Origin: a virus
Lineage: Duplodnaviria; Caudoviricetes
Direction: 5' to 3' (one strand)
IMG/VR virus record: IMGVR_UViG_3300032227_000019
Coordinates: 1 to 38,205 of that record
Length of the DNA stretch: 38,205 bases
The notes below the pieces were generated by a model. The model worked only from the letters and a program-made list of their open reading frames with translations, made no database searches and was not told where the DNA came from. The translations under genes were made by a program, and so were the position numbers. Shown piece by piece: positions 1-9,227 of the stretch (positions within the stretch are counted from its first letter, which is position 1; each line of letters opens with the position of its first letter).

Positions 1-3000
1 TACACCGTTTTCTGGACCTTCGAGCGATCCATAGCGCAGTTTCATACCAGGTTTGGTTGGATGGTCAATAACGAATGACTTGGTATTGGCAGCGAATGAA
101 CCGTTTACTTGGAGTTTATAGGTGGTTGTTGCAATACCAATACCAACGTTACCATTATTATCCATACGGAGACCGACGTTATTGTTATTCCATGGTGCTA
201 TAACAAATCCGCCTGTATCTGGTGAACCTTGTGAATAGATTAGTTGAGCGTCTCGGTTCTGTACCAAACTATTATAAGAGCCTGCGGCAGTATTACTATT
301 GAACCTTGCCCATTGTGTTCCGTCTGTTATTAGTATTTCAGGATTAGACGAAACCCCAGTTTGTCTTTGAACAACCAACTTGGCAGTCGCAGTAGAGGTA
401 CCAATACCTACGTTACCACTTCCTAAAATACGCATTGCCTCAGACCGTCTGTCTGATGAACGAGAACCTGCGGCAGTAATACCAAAAGCAATTTCAGCAC
501 TACCATCGGTTCTATGAACAAAGAACACATGAGAATCAGCAGCACCTAAATTATTGTGACTGTCTATGTAACTTACTTTATTTGCAACAGAACTATCGTC
601 ATTATTTTGTAGAGTTACGCCTTGATATTCGCCCGAATAGTTTCCTAAAAGAGCAAATCCGTCAATTCGTGTGGATCCTGTAACATGCAATTTTGATGAT
701 GGTGCTGTGTTACCAATGCCAACGTCACCTGATGACAAATTGAATGTTATAGGATATGAAATAGTAGCATTTGAACCAGAATTTCCGCTCGGAGCGGCCA
801 ATAATTGTAGAAGGCCTGCGTTGTTTTCTCTCCAACCCCAACCATAACCTGTAGCAGCATATCTCCAAGTATTATCGTAATAAAGATTACCACCTATTGA
901 TCTATTAGAACCAACAAGAGTAAAATCACCACCTAGAATTATTTTAGATGTGGTGGAGTTTGCTGGTGATGTAGTATTGACGACTACCTGACCTGCTGTG
1001 TCTATACGCACACGTTCTGTGCTTGCTGTGCTAATAGTTAGAACATTAGCAGCAGGTTCCCACAAACGAACAGAGTTAATATTATCAAATGCAACATTAC
1101 CACCAACAGTTAGGTCTGTGCTTATGTTTGCGGTACCATTAACATCTAATGTATAAGAAGGACTACTAGTATTGATACCCAGTCTGAGGGATCCGCCGCC
1201 AGCATTATAGAAATTGACATGTTGTGTTCCAGTATTGACGGTGAAGAATCTAAGTTGATCTCCGTAAGAATCTATAGACCAGTCGGGAAAAGAACCTGCT
1301 CCCCATAACTGTATTTCACCGCCTTCAAATCCAGCCCCAGAACTAGGATAAATTGTTATTTGTGAATTTGCAAATACCTGACCGGTTGTGGTTAATGCAC
1401 CGGCAAGTGTTACAGTTCCGTTTGATAGTTTTGAGTTGGCCCAAGCATTAGCACTATTTGCCATTACACCAGCATAAGTATTACCAGCAATGATAGATGC
1501 TAAAACGTTTTGGCCTGCAACAAGTAATGTTGGTAGAGAAATGTTGGCAGAACCAGCAACGTCTAGTTTATATGCAGGTGTAGTGGTGCCTATACCAACA
1601 TTACCAGTATTAGCAACTCTTAATCTTTCTAGATTATTTGTAAAAAATGCGAACGATGCGTTACCGGCACCATCACCAACGGACTGGATTCTAGTATCTT
1701 GATCACCACCGTTAGTTCCTTTGAAATCAATATATGCACTACCACCATTTCTCTGTAATTCTATAGCACCATCACCAGCGTTCAACACTATATTATTGAT
1801 TGATCCGGATACAAATGTTCCTCCTCCATTTGCAAAAAAGTTACCATTAAACACCGCACCATTTGTATTAGCAAGAGCAGAATTAGCCTTAGCAAAAGCA
1901 GCAGTAGTATTGGTAGAAACACCGTTTGCAAATGTAAATGCGGCATTTGCTATTGTGCCTGCGCCATTAGCCATAGCACCGGCATAATTATTTGCCGATA
2001 CTGCAACTGAATTAGCATTACCATAAGCGGCATTAGCAACACCAAAACCTGATGTAATCCATGTAATGGCGTTAGCACCACCGAGTGTTAGATTACTGGT
2101 TAAAAAATCCGCAATCAAGGTAGCATTGACCATATTATTGGCATATGGCACAATGTCATTAATTAATTCTGGATCAGCATCGAATCCTTGGAACAAATAG
2201 TATTGCTTTGAAGCATGTTCCCTATAGAGACCGGTATGAACGTGTGCTGATGTAGCATTTTTATAACTACCAATAAATCCTATGTCTAGAATATCAGCCT
2301 GATTATTATTGGCCAAATATATCAACGAGTCATTGACAACGAGATTGTTGGCTGAAACAGCGGTAGTATTACCACCGATGAACAAGTTGCCGGTGATAGA
2401 AAAATCACCAGTTATTGTCTGAGAGGCGGCAGTAAGTTTAACGAATGTTGAGTTAACCCAAGTATTGGATGAGTTGGCAAATCCAAATGCCGCATTAGCA
2501 ACCGTAAAGGCTGCATTGGTAACACCAAAAACAGAAGCAAATAATGTTGAATAGGTTGCAGTTGCTATGGCATTAGCACTATTAGCCATTACACCAGCAT
2601 AATTATTGGCTGCTGTAGTAGATGTATTGCTATATGCTCTTGCTGTAATTAAATTGGCATCAACAATCGTTCGAGCAAAAGCATTAGCACTATTGGCCAT
2701 TGCTCCGGCATAATTATTGGCTGGTAGTAGGTAATCGGCACCATTTACAAGAATAGAAGAAGCATTAATGGTGCCAGCAACATCAAGTTTGTAACCGGCC
2801 ACAAATCTACCAATAGCAACATTTCCTTGACCATTTATTGTAATGCTATTTACCAATGAGCCGGTAGAGTTTGTTGTCCAAAATTCCAATCTGGTAGGAA
2901 TAATATTTGTTGAAACAGTTCCATCTACTATAGAAGCCATATAAGAAGAATTTAAATACTGTGTACCATCATGGCCTCTGAATATATGAGAACCTAGATA

Positions 3001-3864
3001 ATCTCCCGATACAACGGCGCCGGCGCTCCTGGATTTTTGAGAAAACCAATAAGGACCATATTGATCGTTTTTAGTGCTTTGGATTTGTAATTGTGGATAA
3101 AAACTATTAGCAGACGTTAAAAAGATTCTATCTGACGTTAATAAACCTGTGCCACCTGCAAATGTTACTGAATCGGTAACAGTAAGTGCTCCTGCAAATG
3201 TTCCGGTTGTATTCTGTAGTGCGGTATTAGATTTAGCAAAAGCGGCATTAGCATTGACAGCAACACCATAAGCAAAAGTATTAACCGAGTTTGCCTGACT
3301 AAAAGCAGCATTGGCCACCTGAAATACTGGTGTTAGATTGGCAGAGGTTCCTCCTCCAGCACTTACACCACCACCATTAGGAACTGCTTCAACCCATGAT
3401 GCCGTACCATCTTCGTCTACATAATAAACGAATAGTGTACCAATGGTGTTATGCCACCATAACTTACCTTGAACAGGATTAGATGGAGCAGTATTTGAAA
3501 CTACTAATGCGACATTGTTAAGATTATTGGCCAATGCAAAAGCGGCATTGGCAACTCTAAATGCAGGGAATAGATTTGCGGTGATTGTATATTTGTTTGT
3601 TAATGCATCGGTGTTGATTTCAATATTATCACCAGCATTAACAGTGAGAACGTCGGCGAGAACACCAGCAACCAACATGCTGCCGTTGACGTTCATATAC
3701 ATGAAGGAGTTTGCACCGCCAGAAATACGTTGAATTACGTTGGCATCATCTTTATAGAATAACTTACCATCGGTATAGTTAATCGCCAACTCACCGTGTT
3801 CAAGGGTGTTTGGCGACCTTCCACTAATAGATGATTTTTTTAAACGTATTACTGTGTTAGCCAT
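1..3864 (-). CDS. Long tail fibre protein, 3'-truncated by the window edge (>=1288 aa; not in the ORF track)
   Basis: ATG at 3864 overlaps the upstream stop (TAATG). Hand translation starts MANTVIRLKKSSISGRSPNTLEHGELAINYTDGKLFYKD, a gp37/Mtd-like fibre N-terminus. The same frame gives AAFxxAN coiled-coil heptads and repeated GNVGIG shaft motifs, and reads ...NGSFAANTKSFVIDHPTKPGMKLRYGSLEGPENGV at the edge. Segments I translated were stop-free. Confidence 0.88.
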   Translation of the reverse strand, partial: MANTVIRLKKSSISGRSPNTLEHGELAINYTDGKLFYKDDANVIQRISGGANSFMYMNVNGSMLVAGVLADVLTVNAGDNIEINTDALTNKYTITANLFPAFRVANAAFALANNLNNVALVVSNTAPSNPVQGKLWWHNTIGTLFVYYVDEDGTASWVEAVPNGGGVSAGGGTSANLTPVFQVANAAFSQANSVNTFAYGVAVNANAAFAKSNTALQNTTGTFAGALTVTDSVTFAGGTGLLTSDRIFLTSANSFYPQLQIQSTKNDQYGPYWFSQKSRSAGAVVSGDYLGSHIFRGHDGTQYLNSSYMASIVDGTVSTNIIPTRLEFWTTNSTGSLVNSITINGQGNVAIGRFVAGYKLDVAGTINASSILVNGADYLLPANNYAGAMANSANAFARTIVDANLITARAYSNTSTTAANNYAGVMANSANAIATATYSTLFASVFGVTNAAFTVANAAFGFANSSNTWVNSTFVKLTAASQTITGDFSITGNLFIGGNTTAVSANNLVVNDSLIYLANNNQADILDIGFIGSYKNATSAHVHTGLYREHASKQYYLFQGFDADPELINDIVPYANNMVNATLIADFLTSNLTLGGANAITWITSGFGVANAAYGNANSVAVSANNYAGAMANGAGTIANAAFTFANGVSTNTTAAFAKANSALANTNGAVFNGNFFANGGGTFVSGSINNIVLNAGDGAIELQRNGGSAYIDFKGTNGGDQDTRIQSVGDGAGNASFAFFTNNLERLRVANTGNVGIGTTTPAYKLDVAGSANISLPTLLVAGQNVLASIIAGNTYAGVMANSANAWANSKLSNGTVTLAGALTTTGQVFANSQITIYPSSGAGFEGGEIQLWGAGSFPDWSIDSYGDQLRFFTVNTGTQHVNFYNAGGGSLRLGINTSSPSYTLDVNGTANISTDLTVGGNVAFDNINSVRLWEPAANVLTISTASTERVRIDTAGQVVVNTTSPANSTTSKIILGGDFTLVGSNRSIGGNLYYDNTWRYAATGYGWGWRENNAGLLQLLAAPSGNSGSNATISYPITFNLSSGDVGIGNTAPSSKLHVTGSTRIDGFALLGNYSGEYQGVTLQNNDDSSVANKVSYIDSHNNLGAADSHVFFVHRTDGSAEIAFGITAAGSRSSDRRSEAMRILGSGNVGIGTSTATAKLVVQRQTGVSSNPEILITDGTQWARFNSNTAAGSYNSLVQNRDAQLIYSQGSPDTGGFVIAPWNNNNVGLRMDNNGNVGIGIATTTYKLQVNGSFAANTKSFVIDHPTKPGMKLRYGSLEGPENGV

Positions 3865-4451
3865 TAAAAGTCGTCAGTCTCTTTTTCCTTCTGAACCTTG
3901 AGTTGTGATAGTTTATTAACAATCTTCACAGGTTCAGGTGCAGGTACTTCTTTTGCTTTATCCACAGTATTTATTTCTTTTGTAGGAGTCGTTACGGCCT
4001 TCTTAGTAGCAGTAACTTTGACATCTTTAAGGAATGGCTTTAGTTGTTTTTCCAACTCTTGAATAATATTGTTCTTTTCGGCAACATCCTGTCTTAGTTG
4101 CTGCAACTCGGTTGCTATACGGTCAACCTCTGTATTCTTTTCAACTAGACGTTGTTTAATCTCATTGAAACCAGAAGCCATGGTGTCCATATGGGCCACT
4201 CGTTGCTTCATAGAATTATACTGGTCTTCCCAAACTCTGGCCTTTTCTAAAGCCTCATTAACATTGACGCTATTGCCTCTTAGTCCGGTCACCTCTTCGG
4301 AAAGTCTTGCAATCTCAAGGTCTTTATCTTTAAGAACCTCTTCCATCAACTTGGCTTCCGTCTTGGTCTTTAGTAGAATATTGATATATTCATGTACCAA
4401 ACCAAGAGAATTTTCAATATAGATATTAATATACTTATTTGGATCACTCAT
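3864..4451 (-). CDS. Coiled-coil hypothetical protein (195 aa)
   Basis: Clean ORF with a GGAG RBS. Charged E/K/L heptad-rich core and K/P/T-rich tail. Translationally coupled to the downstream fibre. Confidence 0.75.
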   Translation of the reverse strand: MSDPNKYINIYIENSLGLVHEYINILLKTKTEAKLMEEVLKDKDLEIARLSEEVTGLRGNSVNVNEALEKARVWEDQYNSMKQRVAHMDTMASGFNEIKQRLVEKNTEVDRIATELQQLRQDVAEKNNIIQELEKQLKPFLKDVKVTATKKAVTTPTKEINTVDKAKEVPAPEPVKIVNKLSQLKVQKEKETDDF

Positions 4452-4470
4452 TATAAATCTCCATTATGAG

Positions 4471-5907
4471 TTAGAAAGCGCCTCCATCAAGATGTCCAAA
4501 CACTGGAACACCAGAGAAATTGGCCTGTAGAACTTGTCCTTCGGTACCAGCAGATGTAACCTGTAGTGGACCTGTACCTGAACCGAAGAGAACGCCGTGT
4601 GTGGTGAATGTGGTATTGCCTGTGCCGCCGTATGCTACTTGGACAGTATTGGCCTGCCAGGTACCGCCTGTTAGAATACCAACCTCGGAGATACCGGTAT
4701 ATGCGCCAGTGATACGACCTGACGGAACAGTACCAACGTTCATATAAGAAGCATTAGCAGCATGTTGGTCGGCAACGTTAGCAGTATAGAAGGCAGCATT
4801 AGCAACATCGTAACCAGAGTTGGATAAGGTGTATGCTGAGTTAACTGTAACATATGCGGCATTGACTGCGGTGTAAGCAGCATTGGTAACAGTGTAGTTC
4901 ATGTTTGCCATTGTGTAGGCAGCATTAACTACAGCAAAAGCAGCATTTGTTGTGGTATAATTCTGATTGGCCATTGTATATGCGGCATTAGTTACCGTAT
5001 AGTTGGCATTGCCCATAACGTATGCAGCATTTGTTGTATCAAAGTTTGATTTGATCCAAACGTATGCATTAGCACCATTTAATTTTAGATTGCCGGTGAT
5101 AATATCAGCATTAAGAACAGCAATCGTAAAGTTATTGGATGTGGTGCTAATAAAGTTTGTATTTGGTTCCGCATTATATTCATGGAACAGATAATACTGT
5201 TTATCACCGGCAGAACGGAAAAGACCAGTATGAGTATTGGATGATGTGGCATTATTATAATGACCAACGAAACCAATATCTACAACGTCTGACGTATTAT
5301 TACTGGCCAAGAAGATTAATGGGTCAGAAACTTCTAATGTTGTCGTATCTACAATGTAAGTATTACCGGCAACGGTTAAGTCACCAACAATGCTAACTGA
5401 ACCAGAAACCGTACCGCCGTTAGCAGCAAATCGTGTATTAGAATGATTAAAGGCAGCATTTGCTACGACATAACCGGAGTTAGATGATGTGTATGCCGAA
5501 TTTAATACTGTAAAAGCACTATTGGTTACAACATAGGCTGCTGATAATCTAACATTATCGGTATTTGCCTGTGTAAATACGGCATTAGTAACCACATAGT
5601 TGGCGTTGGCCATGGTGTATGCGGCATTAAGAACGGTAAATGCTGAATTTGTTAATGTATAGTTAGCATTAGAACTTGTATAGGCAGCATTTACTACACC
5701 ATATGCGGCATTTATTACATCATAGGCAGCATTTGATTGGTCTAGAAAATACTTACCACCAATTGCAATAGTATCCAAACCATTGGCAGAACCAATATAG
5801 AGTTTATTAGACACATAGGAGTAAGCGAGTTCTGCCGGGGATAAAGAACCTCCAGGTGGTGTACCTGTGGTACTTGAACGTTTGATTTGGATAATTGTAT
5901 TTGACAT
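4471..5907 (-). CDS. Tail fibre-like protein with gp37/Mtd-like N-terminus and Asn-rich coiled coils (478 aa)
   Basis: N-terminus MSNTIIQIKRSS...AELAYSYVSNKLYIG. Two runs of (A)AY/FxxxN heptads flank a DIGFVGHY module. The C-terminus has VAYGGTG...GQVLQAN...LDGGAF fibre motifs. Confidence 0.8.
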   Translation of the reverse strand: MSNTIIQIKRSSTTGTPPGGSLSPAELAYSYVSNKLYIGSANGLDTIAIGGKYFLDQSNAAYDVINAAYGVVNAAYTSSNANYTLTNSAFTVLNAAYTMANANYVVTNAVFTQANTDNVRLSAAYVVTNSAFTVLNSAYTSSNSGYVVANAAFNHSNTRFAANGGTVSGSVSIVGDLTVAGNTYIVDTTTLEVSDPLIFLASNNTSDVVDIGFVGHYNNATSSNTHTGLFRSAGDKQYYLFHEYNAEPNTNFISTTSNNFTIAVLNADIITGNLKLNGANAYVWIKSNFDTTNAAYVMGNANYTVTNAAYTMANQNYTTTNAAFAVVNAAYTMANMNYTVTNAAYTAVNAAYVTVNSAYTLSNSGYDVANAAFYTANVADQHAANASYMNVGTVPSGRITGAYTGISEVGILTGGTWQANTVQVAYGGTGNTTFTTHGVLFGSGTGPLQVTSAGTEGQVLQANFSGVPVFGHLDGGAF

Positions 5908-5943
5908 AGTAGAAGATTACTCCGTTTTCCTAATCATTTAAAC

Positions 5944-5951
5944 TATTTATA
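5944..5951 (-). promoter_or_regulatory. T4-type late promoter TATAAATA
   Basis: Exact consensus on the minus strand, intergenic, about 36 nt upstream of the 478-aa gene. Confidence 0.75.
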
Positions 5952-5982
5952 GTTCCTTCCACCTTCACCAATCTTCATTATG

Positions 5983-6228
5983 TCAGAATGTTCCGCCATT
6001 GATTCTTGGTAATTCTTCAATGACAAATTTACCTAGACTTTCTTCATAAACCAAAACATCATTTTGAGAGGATTGTGATGCATCAACATCTATCAACTCT
6101 CTTAAAGTTTTGGCACCTGTTCCACCACCTACACCACCTTTGTTTGTTACTGCAACCCTATTCTTAGGTGTAGTAACAACATTAACTTTGGCATTTCTTG
6201 GTAGACCTACTGTGATTCTGTTGGTCAT
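5983..6228 (-). CDS. Small fibre-associated protein (81 aa)
   Basis: LRELIDVD...NDVLVYEESLGKF resembles phage fibre repeat units. Ends in NGGTF. Confidence 0.65.
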   Translation of the reverse strand: MTNRITVGLPRNAKVNVVTTPKNRVAVTNKGGVGGGTGAKTLRELIDVDASQSSQNDVLVYEESLGKFVIEELPRINGGTF

Positions 6229-6233
6229 CTTAG

Positions 6234-6572
6234 TTACCTTGTGATTCCTGGAGTAACAAAAATTACACCTTCAATCAACCGGGTTGATGTGTTAAATGTA
6301 TCTCTTAGTTTGATATCATAAAAATAACTGCCTGCTTTCATATTGGCTGTGTTAGAACCAGTCATAGAAATTTCTAGTTCGCCATTAGCAGCATTTGTTA
6401 CGACACAACGCAAATTAGCATAAGCATTAACGGATAACAAGGACTTTCTAATCTGCCCTGTTACCGTAATGCTTGAAAGATTGCCTGGGACGTTAGTTAA
6501 ATCGTCTGTGATAGCAATAGTGGTACTGAAATCTGCACCTTGGTCAATGTATAGTTCTACATACTCGGCCAT
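6234..6572 (-). CDS. BppU-N-like / Ig-like virion adaptor protein (112 aa)
   Basis: Pattern IDQGADFS...GQIRKS...NGELEISM...T...GSYFYDI...RLIEGVIFVTPGITR is typical of small BppU-like proteins in T4-like phages. Confidence 0.75.
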   Translation of the reverse strand: MAEYVELYIDQGADFSTTIAITDDLTNVPGNLSSITVTGQIRKSLLSVNAYANLRCVVTNAANGELEISMTGSNTANMKAGSYFYDIKLRDTFNTSTRLIEGVIFVTPGITR

Positions 6573-6599
6573 AGGATTCCTTGTAAATGTTTCTTCTTA

Positions 6600-6607
6600 T
6601 ATTTATA
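6600..6607 (-). promoter_or_regulatory. T4-type late promoter TATAAATA
   Basis: Exact consensus overlapping the oxygenase stop codon, about 27 nt upstream of the 112-aa gene. Confidence 0.65.
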
Positions 6608-7238
6608 TAAACTTGGGTCCCTCTATCCAAACCACAATTGACTTTCTAATACCAGCAGTAACAGGTTTCACTCTATGTATCATAAAAGATGGAAAGGCGA
6701 GTATTCTTCCTCTAGGTAATACAGGTCTATCCGGAAAGGATTCACGACCAGGATTAATCTCTAATTCACCACCGCTAAAATCTACATCAGGTTCAGATAA
6801 TAGTAAAATCAAAGTAAGTTTTCTTGTTTCTGAATCTCTAGTATTGTTAAGTTGATTACCCAAAATTGTGTCCATATGCCAATCATACATACCTTCTTCG
6901 TCGGACTCATACACGGTATACTGAATGTCTCTATATCCGTTGAGATTAAAATTATAATACTGGTTGTTTAGTGTCTGACCAACATAGTTAAGTGAATCAA
7001 AAATCCAAGACGTTGAATTATCCTTCTCGATAAACTTAACTTTAGACCTTCTTATATCTTTAACAGCATCGGAATCTTGACCTCCAACAATAGTGGCATC
7101 ATCCAAATCTTTTGAATCACCAATCTCACAAATCTGATCCAACTGTTCGTTAGTGAAAGCGTTGTCCCACCAAACATAAGGATAAGTTACTCTCCTTCTC
7201 TCAAATGGATTATTGAATAATGTATCATATTGTAGCAT
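6603..7238 (-). CDS. 2OG-Fe(II) oxygenase, prolyl-4-hydroxylase/PKHD-like (211 aa)
   Basis: HxD motif (YDWHMD), RKLT...LS...FSGGEL, distal His and 2OG-binding Arg in FPSFMIHRVKPVTAGIRKSIVVW, and an N-terminal IRRS motif. Confidence 0.92.
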   Translation of the reverse strand: MLQYDTLFNNPFERRRVTYPYVWWDNAFTNEQLDQICEIGDSKDLDDATIVGGQDSDAVKDIRRSKVKFIEKDNSTSWIFDSLNYVGQTLNNQYYNFNLNGYRDIQYTVYESDEEGMYDWHMDTILGNQLNNTRDSETRKLTLILLLSEPDVDFSGGELEINPGRESFPDRPVLPRGRILAFPSFMIHRVKPVTAGIRKSIVVWIEGPKFI

Positions 7239-7250
7239 TTCACTTATCCT

Positions 7251-7637
7251 TTAGTTATTAGGCGGTAAGGTCAAATCCTGTATTATTGCTGAAGGTTTAA
7301 CAGCAATTCCAACGGTGTTAATCAGATTAGTAACATTAGACAAACTTGTGTCAACTTCTGGATCCTTGATTTGCTCTTGCATATTGAGCCAATCATACGG
7401 AGCATTGTAGTCAATAATCTTTACAATCTCTTCCTCTGATGGAGAAGGGACCTGAAATATATTTATATGATAGTCGGTTCTACATCTAGTAGGAAAACCT
7501 TCTTCTGTTAGAACTGGTTTATTATTAGCATCAAACTCTGTAGCCAACATTTCTTCGGTGATTTTATCAGTAAAGTACCTTACAACGATTGAATGTTCCG
7601 AAGGGTCTACAAGAATTATTCTATATTTTACTTCCAT
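7251..7637 (-). CDS. Hypothetical acidic protein, possible fibre/adhesin assembly factor (128 aa)
   Basis: Clean ORF with a GGAG RBS between the adhesin and oxygenase genes. Function inferred from position only. Confidence 0.65.
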   Translation of the reverse strand: MEVKYRIILVDPSEHSIVVRYFTDKITEEMLATEFDANNKPVLTEEGFPTRCRTDYHINIFQVPSPSEEEIVKIIDYNAPYDWLNMQEQIKDPEVDTSLSNVTNLINTVGIAVKPSAIIQDLTLPPNN

Positions 7638-7647
7638 TTATTATCTC

Positions 7648-9216
7648 CTATCCGATTGGTCCTGTTGTAGTTCCCTGTACCAAAATAGTCATGTTTGAAC
7701 TTCCTGAAATAGCATTACCTCTGCTGCCGGCTGGTCCTGTGCTGCCTGCGGCGCTGCCTGGTGAACCTGGAGTCCCTTGTGCGCCTGTAGGTCCTGCGGG
7801 TCCCGGTGGCCCCGGCGGTCCATTAGGACCCGTGAAACCTTGTGGACCTATAGGACCAGATGGGCCTTGAGGTCCAGTAGGACCTTGTGGACCTGTGCCA
7901 CCGGCTGCGCCACCTGGGCCGCCGAACCAAGAGACCCACCATTGGCCGCCGGCGGTAGATCCGTTATTACCACTATATCCAGTATTATAAGGTGGGTATC
8001 CATTTCCGCCTGTACCGCCTTGGCCAGCACCAGTACCACCGCCACCGCCACCGCCCTGGCCAGCATATGTATAACTAGTGGGACCCGGTTGACCGTTATA
8101 ATTAGAATCGCTAATGGCCGGTGCTCCAGGGGGAACTACATATTGTCCTTCTCCACCAGCACCGCCTGCACCTCCTGGTGAACCGCCGCCACCTCCGCCG
8201 CCTCCGCCGCCATGCATATCTGTACCGTAAGGATTTCCATAAACAGGTGCCGTTCCGGCGCCGCCACCTCCGCCGCCGCCTCCGCCGCCTCCAGGTCCGC
8301 CGGGGCCACCAGGTCCTCCTGGGCCACCGGGACCACCAGGACCACCCGGTCCGCCGCTGCCACCAGGTCCTCCTGGACCGCCGCTGCCACCAGGTCCTCC
8401 TGGACCGCCAGGACCACCAGGACCAGCTGGTCCCGCTGCGCCGCCAGGCCCGCCTGGGCCACCAGGACCACCAATAATATTTGAATAGTTTCTTAGATAA
8501 ACTTTAACATTTGTTGATGAATCAGCTTGAAAAGAAGTTCCACCTGTTCCACCTGTAAATCCTGGTGTTCCGTTTCCGCCTGTTCCTCCAGGGCCACCTG
8601 GACCGCCTGGGCCACCAGTACCACCGGTACTACCGAATCCGCCGGACCCGCCGGTGTTTCCTCTATTTCCTGGTCCGCCTGTTCCGCCAGGTCCGCCAGG
8701 ACCACCGGTACTACCAGTGCCGCCTGATGATCCGGGTCGGCCTGTCATAAAAGGACTTGCATAAAGAGTGCCGCCTCCACCACCGGCGCCGCCGGCACCT
8801 GGAGTGCTTGATGATGTTCCTGTAGAACCGGGTGACCCGGTTGAACCGCTAGATCCTGTAAAACCTGTTGAACCGGGTGAACCTGTTGTAAAAGTTGGAG
8901 AACCGGGTGAACCGGTTGAACCGGTAGTTCCTGTAGAACCTGTTGATCCTATTGATCCAGGACTACCTGTGCTTCCTGGATATCCTGTTATGTTGGAATT
9001 ATTAGTAATGAATACTAATGAACCTGACCACCATCCGGTGCCGGTTCTGAACGCTGGATTAGATGCACTACTAGCAGTAATATTACCATTAATAAATGCA
9101 TAAACATATAGCGGATATGCAGGACTTCCTGCCTGTGAGAATAAGTTTACATCACTGGATGAATTGATATTTACAACTCTAGTGGTCGTTAAAATAGGTG
9201 TAAGAAATAAACTCAT
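7648..9216 (-). CDS. gp38-like glycine-rich adhesin with very long Gly-X-Y (polyglycine-II) tracts (522 aa)
   Basis: T2/S16 gp38-style scaffold: ITNNSNITG.., [18 protein letters not shown].., poly-Gly runs separated by aromatic loops, and terminal GNAISG...GTTTGPIG. Lies directly downstream of a fibre gene. Confidence 0.75.
   Translation of the reverse strand: MSLFLTPILTTTRVVNINSSSDVNLFSQAGSPAYPLYVYAFINGNITASSASNPAFRTGTGWWSGSLVFITNNSNITGYPGSTGSPGSIGSTGSTGTTGSTGSPGSPTFTTGSPGSTGFTGSSGSTGSPGSTGTSSSTPGAGGAGGGGGTLYASPFMTGRPGSSGGTGSTGGPGGPGGTGGPGNRGNTGGSGGFGSTGGTGGPGGPGGPGGTGGNGTPGFTGGTGGTSFQADSSTNVKVYLRNYSNIIGGPGGPGGPGGAAGPAGPGGPGGPGGPGGSGGPGGPGGSGGPGGPGGPGGPGGPGGPGGPGGGGGGGGGGGAGTAPVYGNPYGTDMHGGGGGGGGGGSPGGAGGAGGEGQYVVPPGAPAISDSNYNGQPGPTSYTYAGQGGGGGGGTGAGQGGTGGNGYPPYNTGYSGNNGSTAGGQWWVSWFGGPGGAAGGTGPQGPTGPQGPSGPIGPQGFTGPNGPPGPPGPAGPTGAQGTPGSPGSAAGSTGPAGSRGNAISGSSNMTILVQGTTTGPIG
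8351..8409. repeat. 27-nt in-frame tandem duplication inside the adhesin GGP tract
   Basis: ccgccgctgccaccaggtcctcctgga occurs at 8351-8377 and 8378-8404, followed by a partial copy. Confidence 0.85.
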
Positions 9217-9227
9217 TCTTGGTTACC

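Noticed and set aside
1490-5396. Short plus-strand ORFs opposite the fibre genes (e.g. 1490-1702, 1721-1987, 3515-3733, 4069-4422, 4520-4747)
   Set aside because: Antisense shadows of long minus-strand CDSs, with no recognisable motifs.
7460-7467. TATAAATA inside the 128-aa gene, and AATAAATA at 3968-3975
   Set aside because: Intragenic and far from start codons in AT-rich DNA; cannot be distinguished from chance.
7589-9103. Many overlapping ORFs and locally high GC around the adhesin
   Set aside because: Explained by Gly/Pro codon usage suppressing stop codons; not evidence of overlapping genes or horizontal transfer.
7648-9216. Annotation as a classical collagen triple-helix protein
   Set aside because: GGX-dominated tracts, poly-Gly runs and gp38-type flanking motifs fit an intrachain polyglycine-II fold better. 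Only tract 4 is collagen-like.
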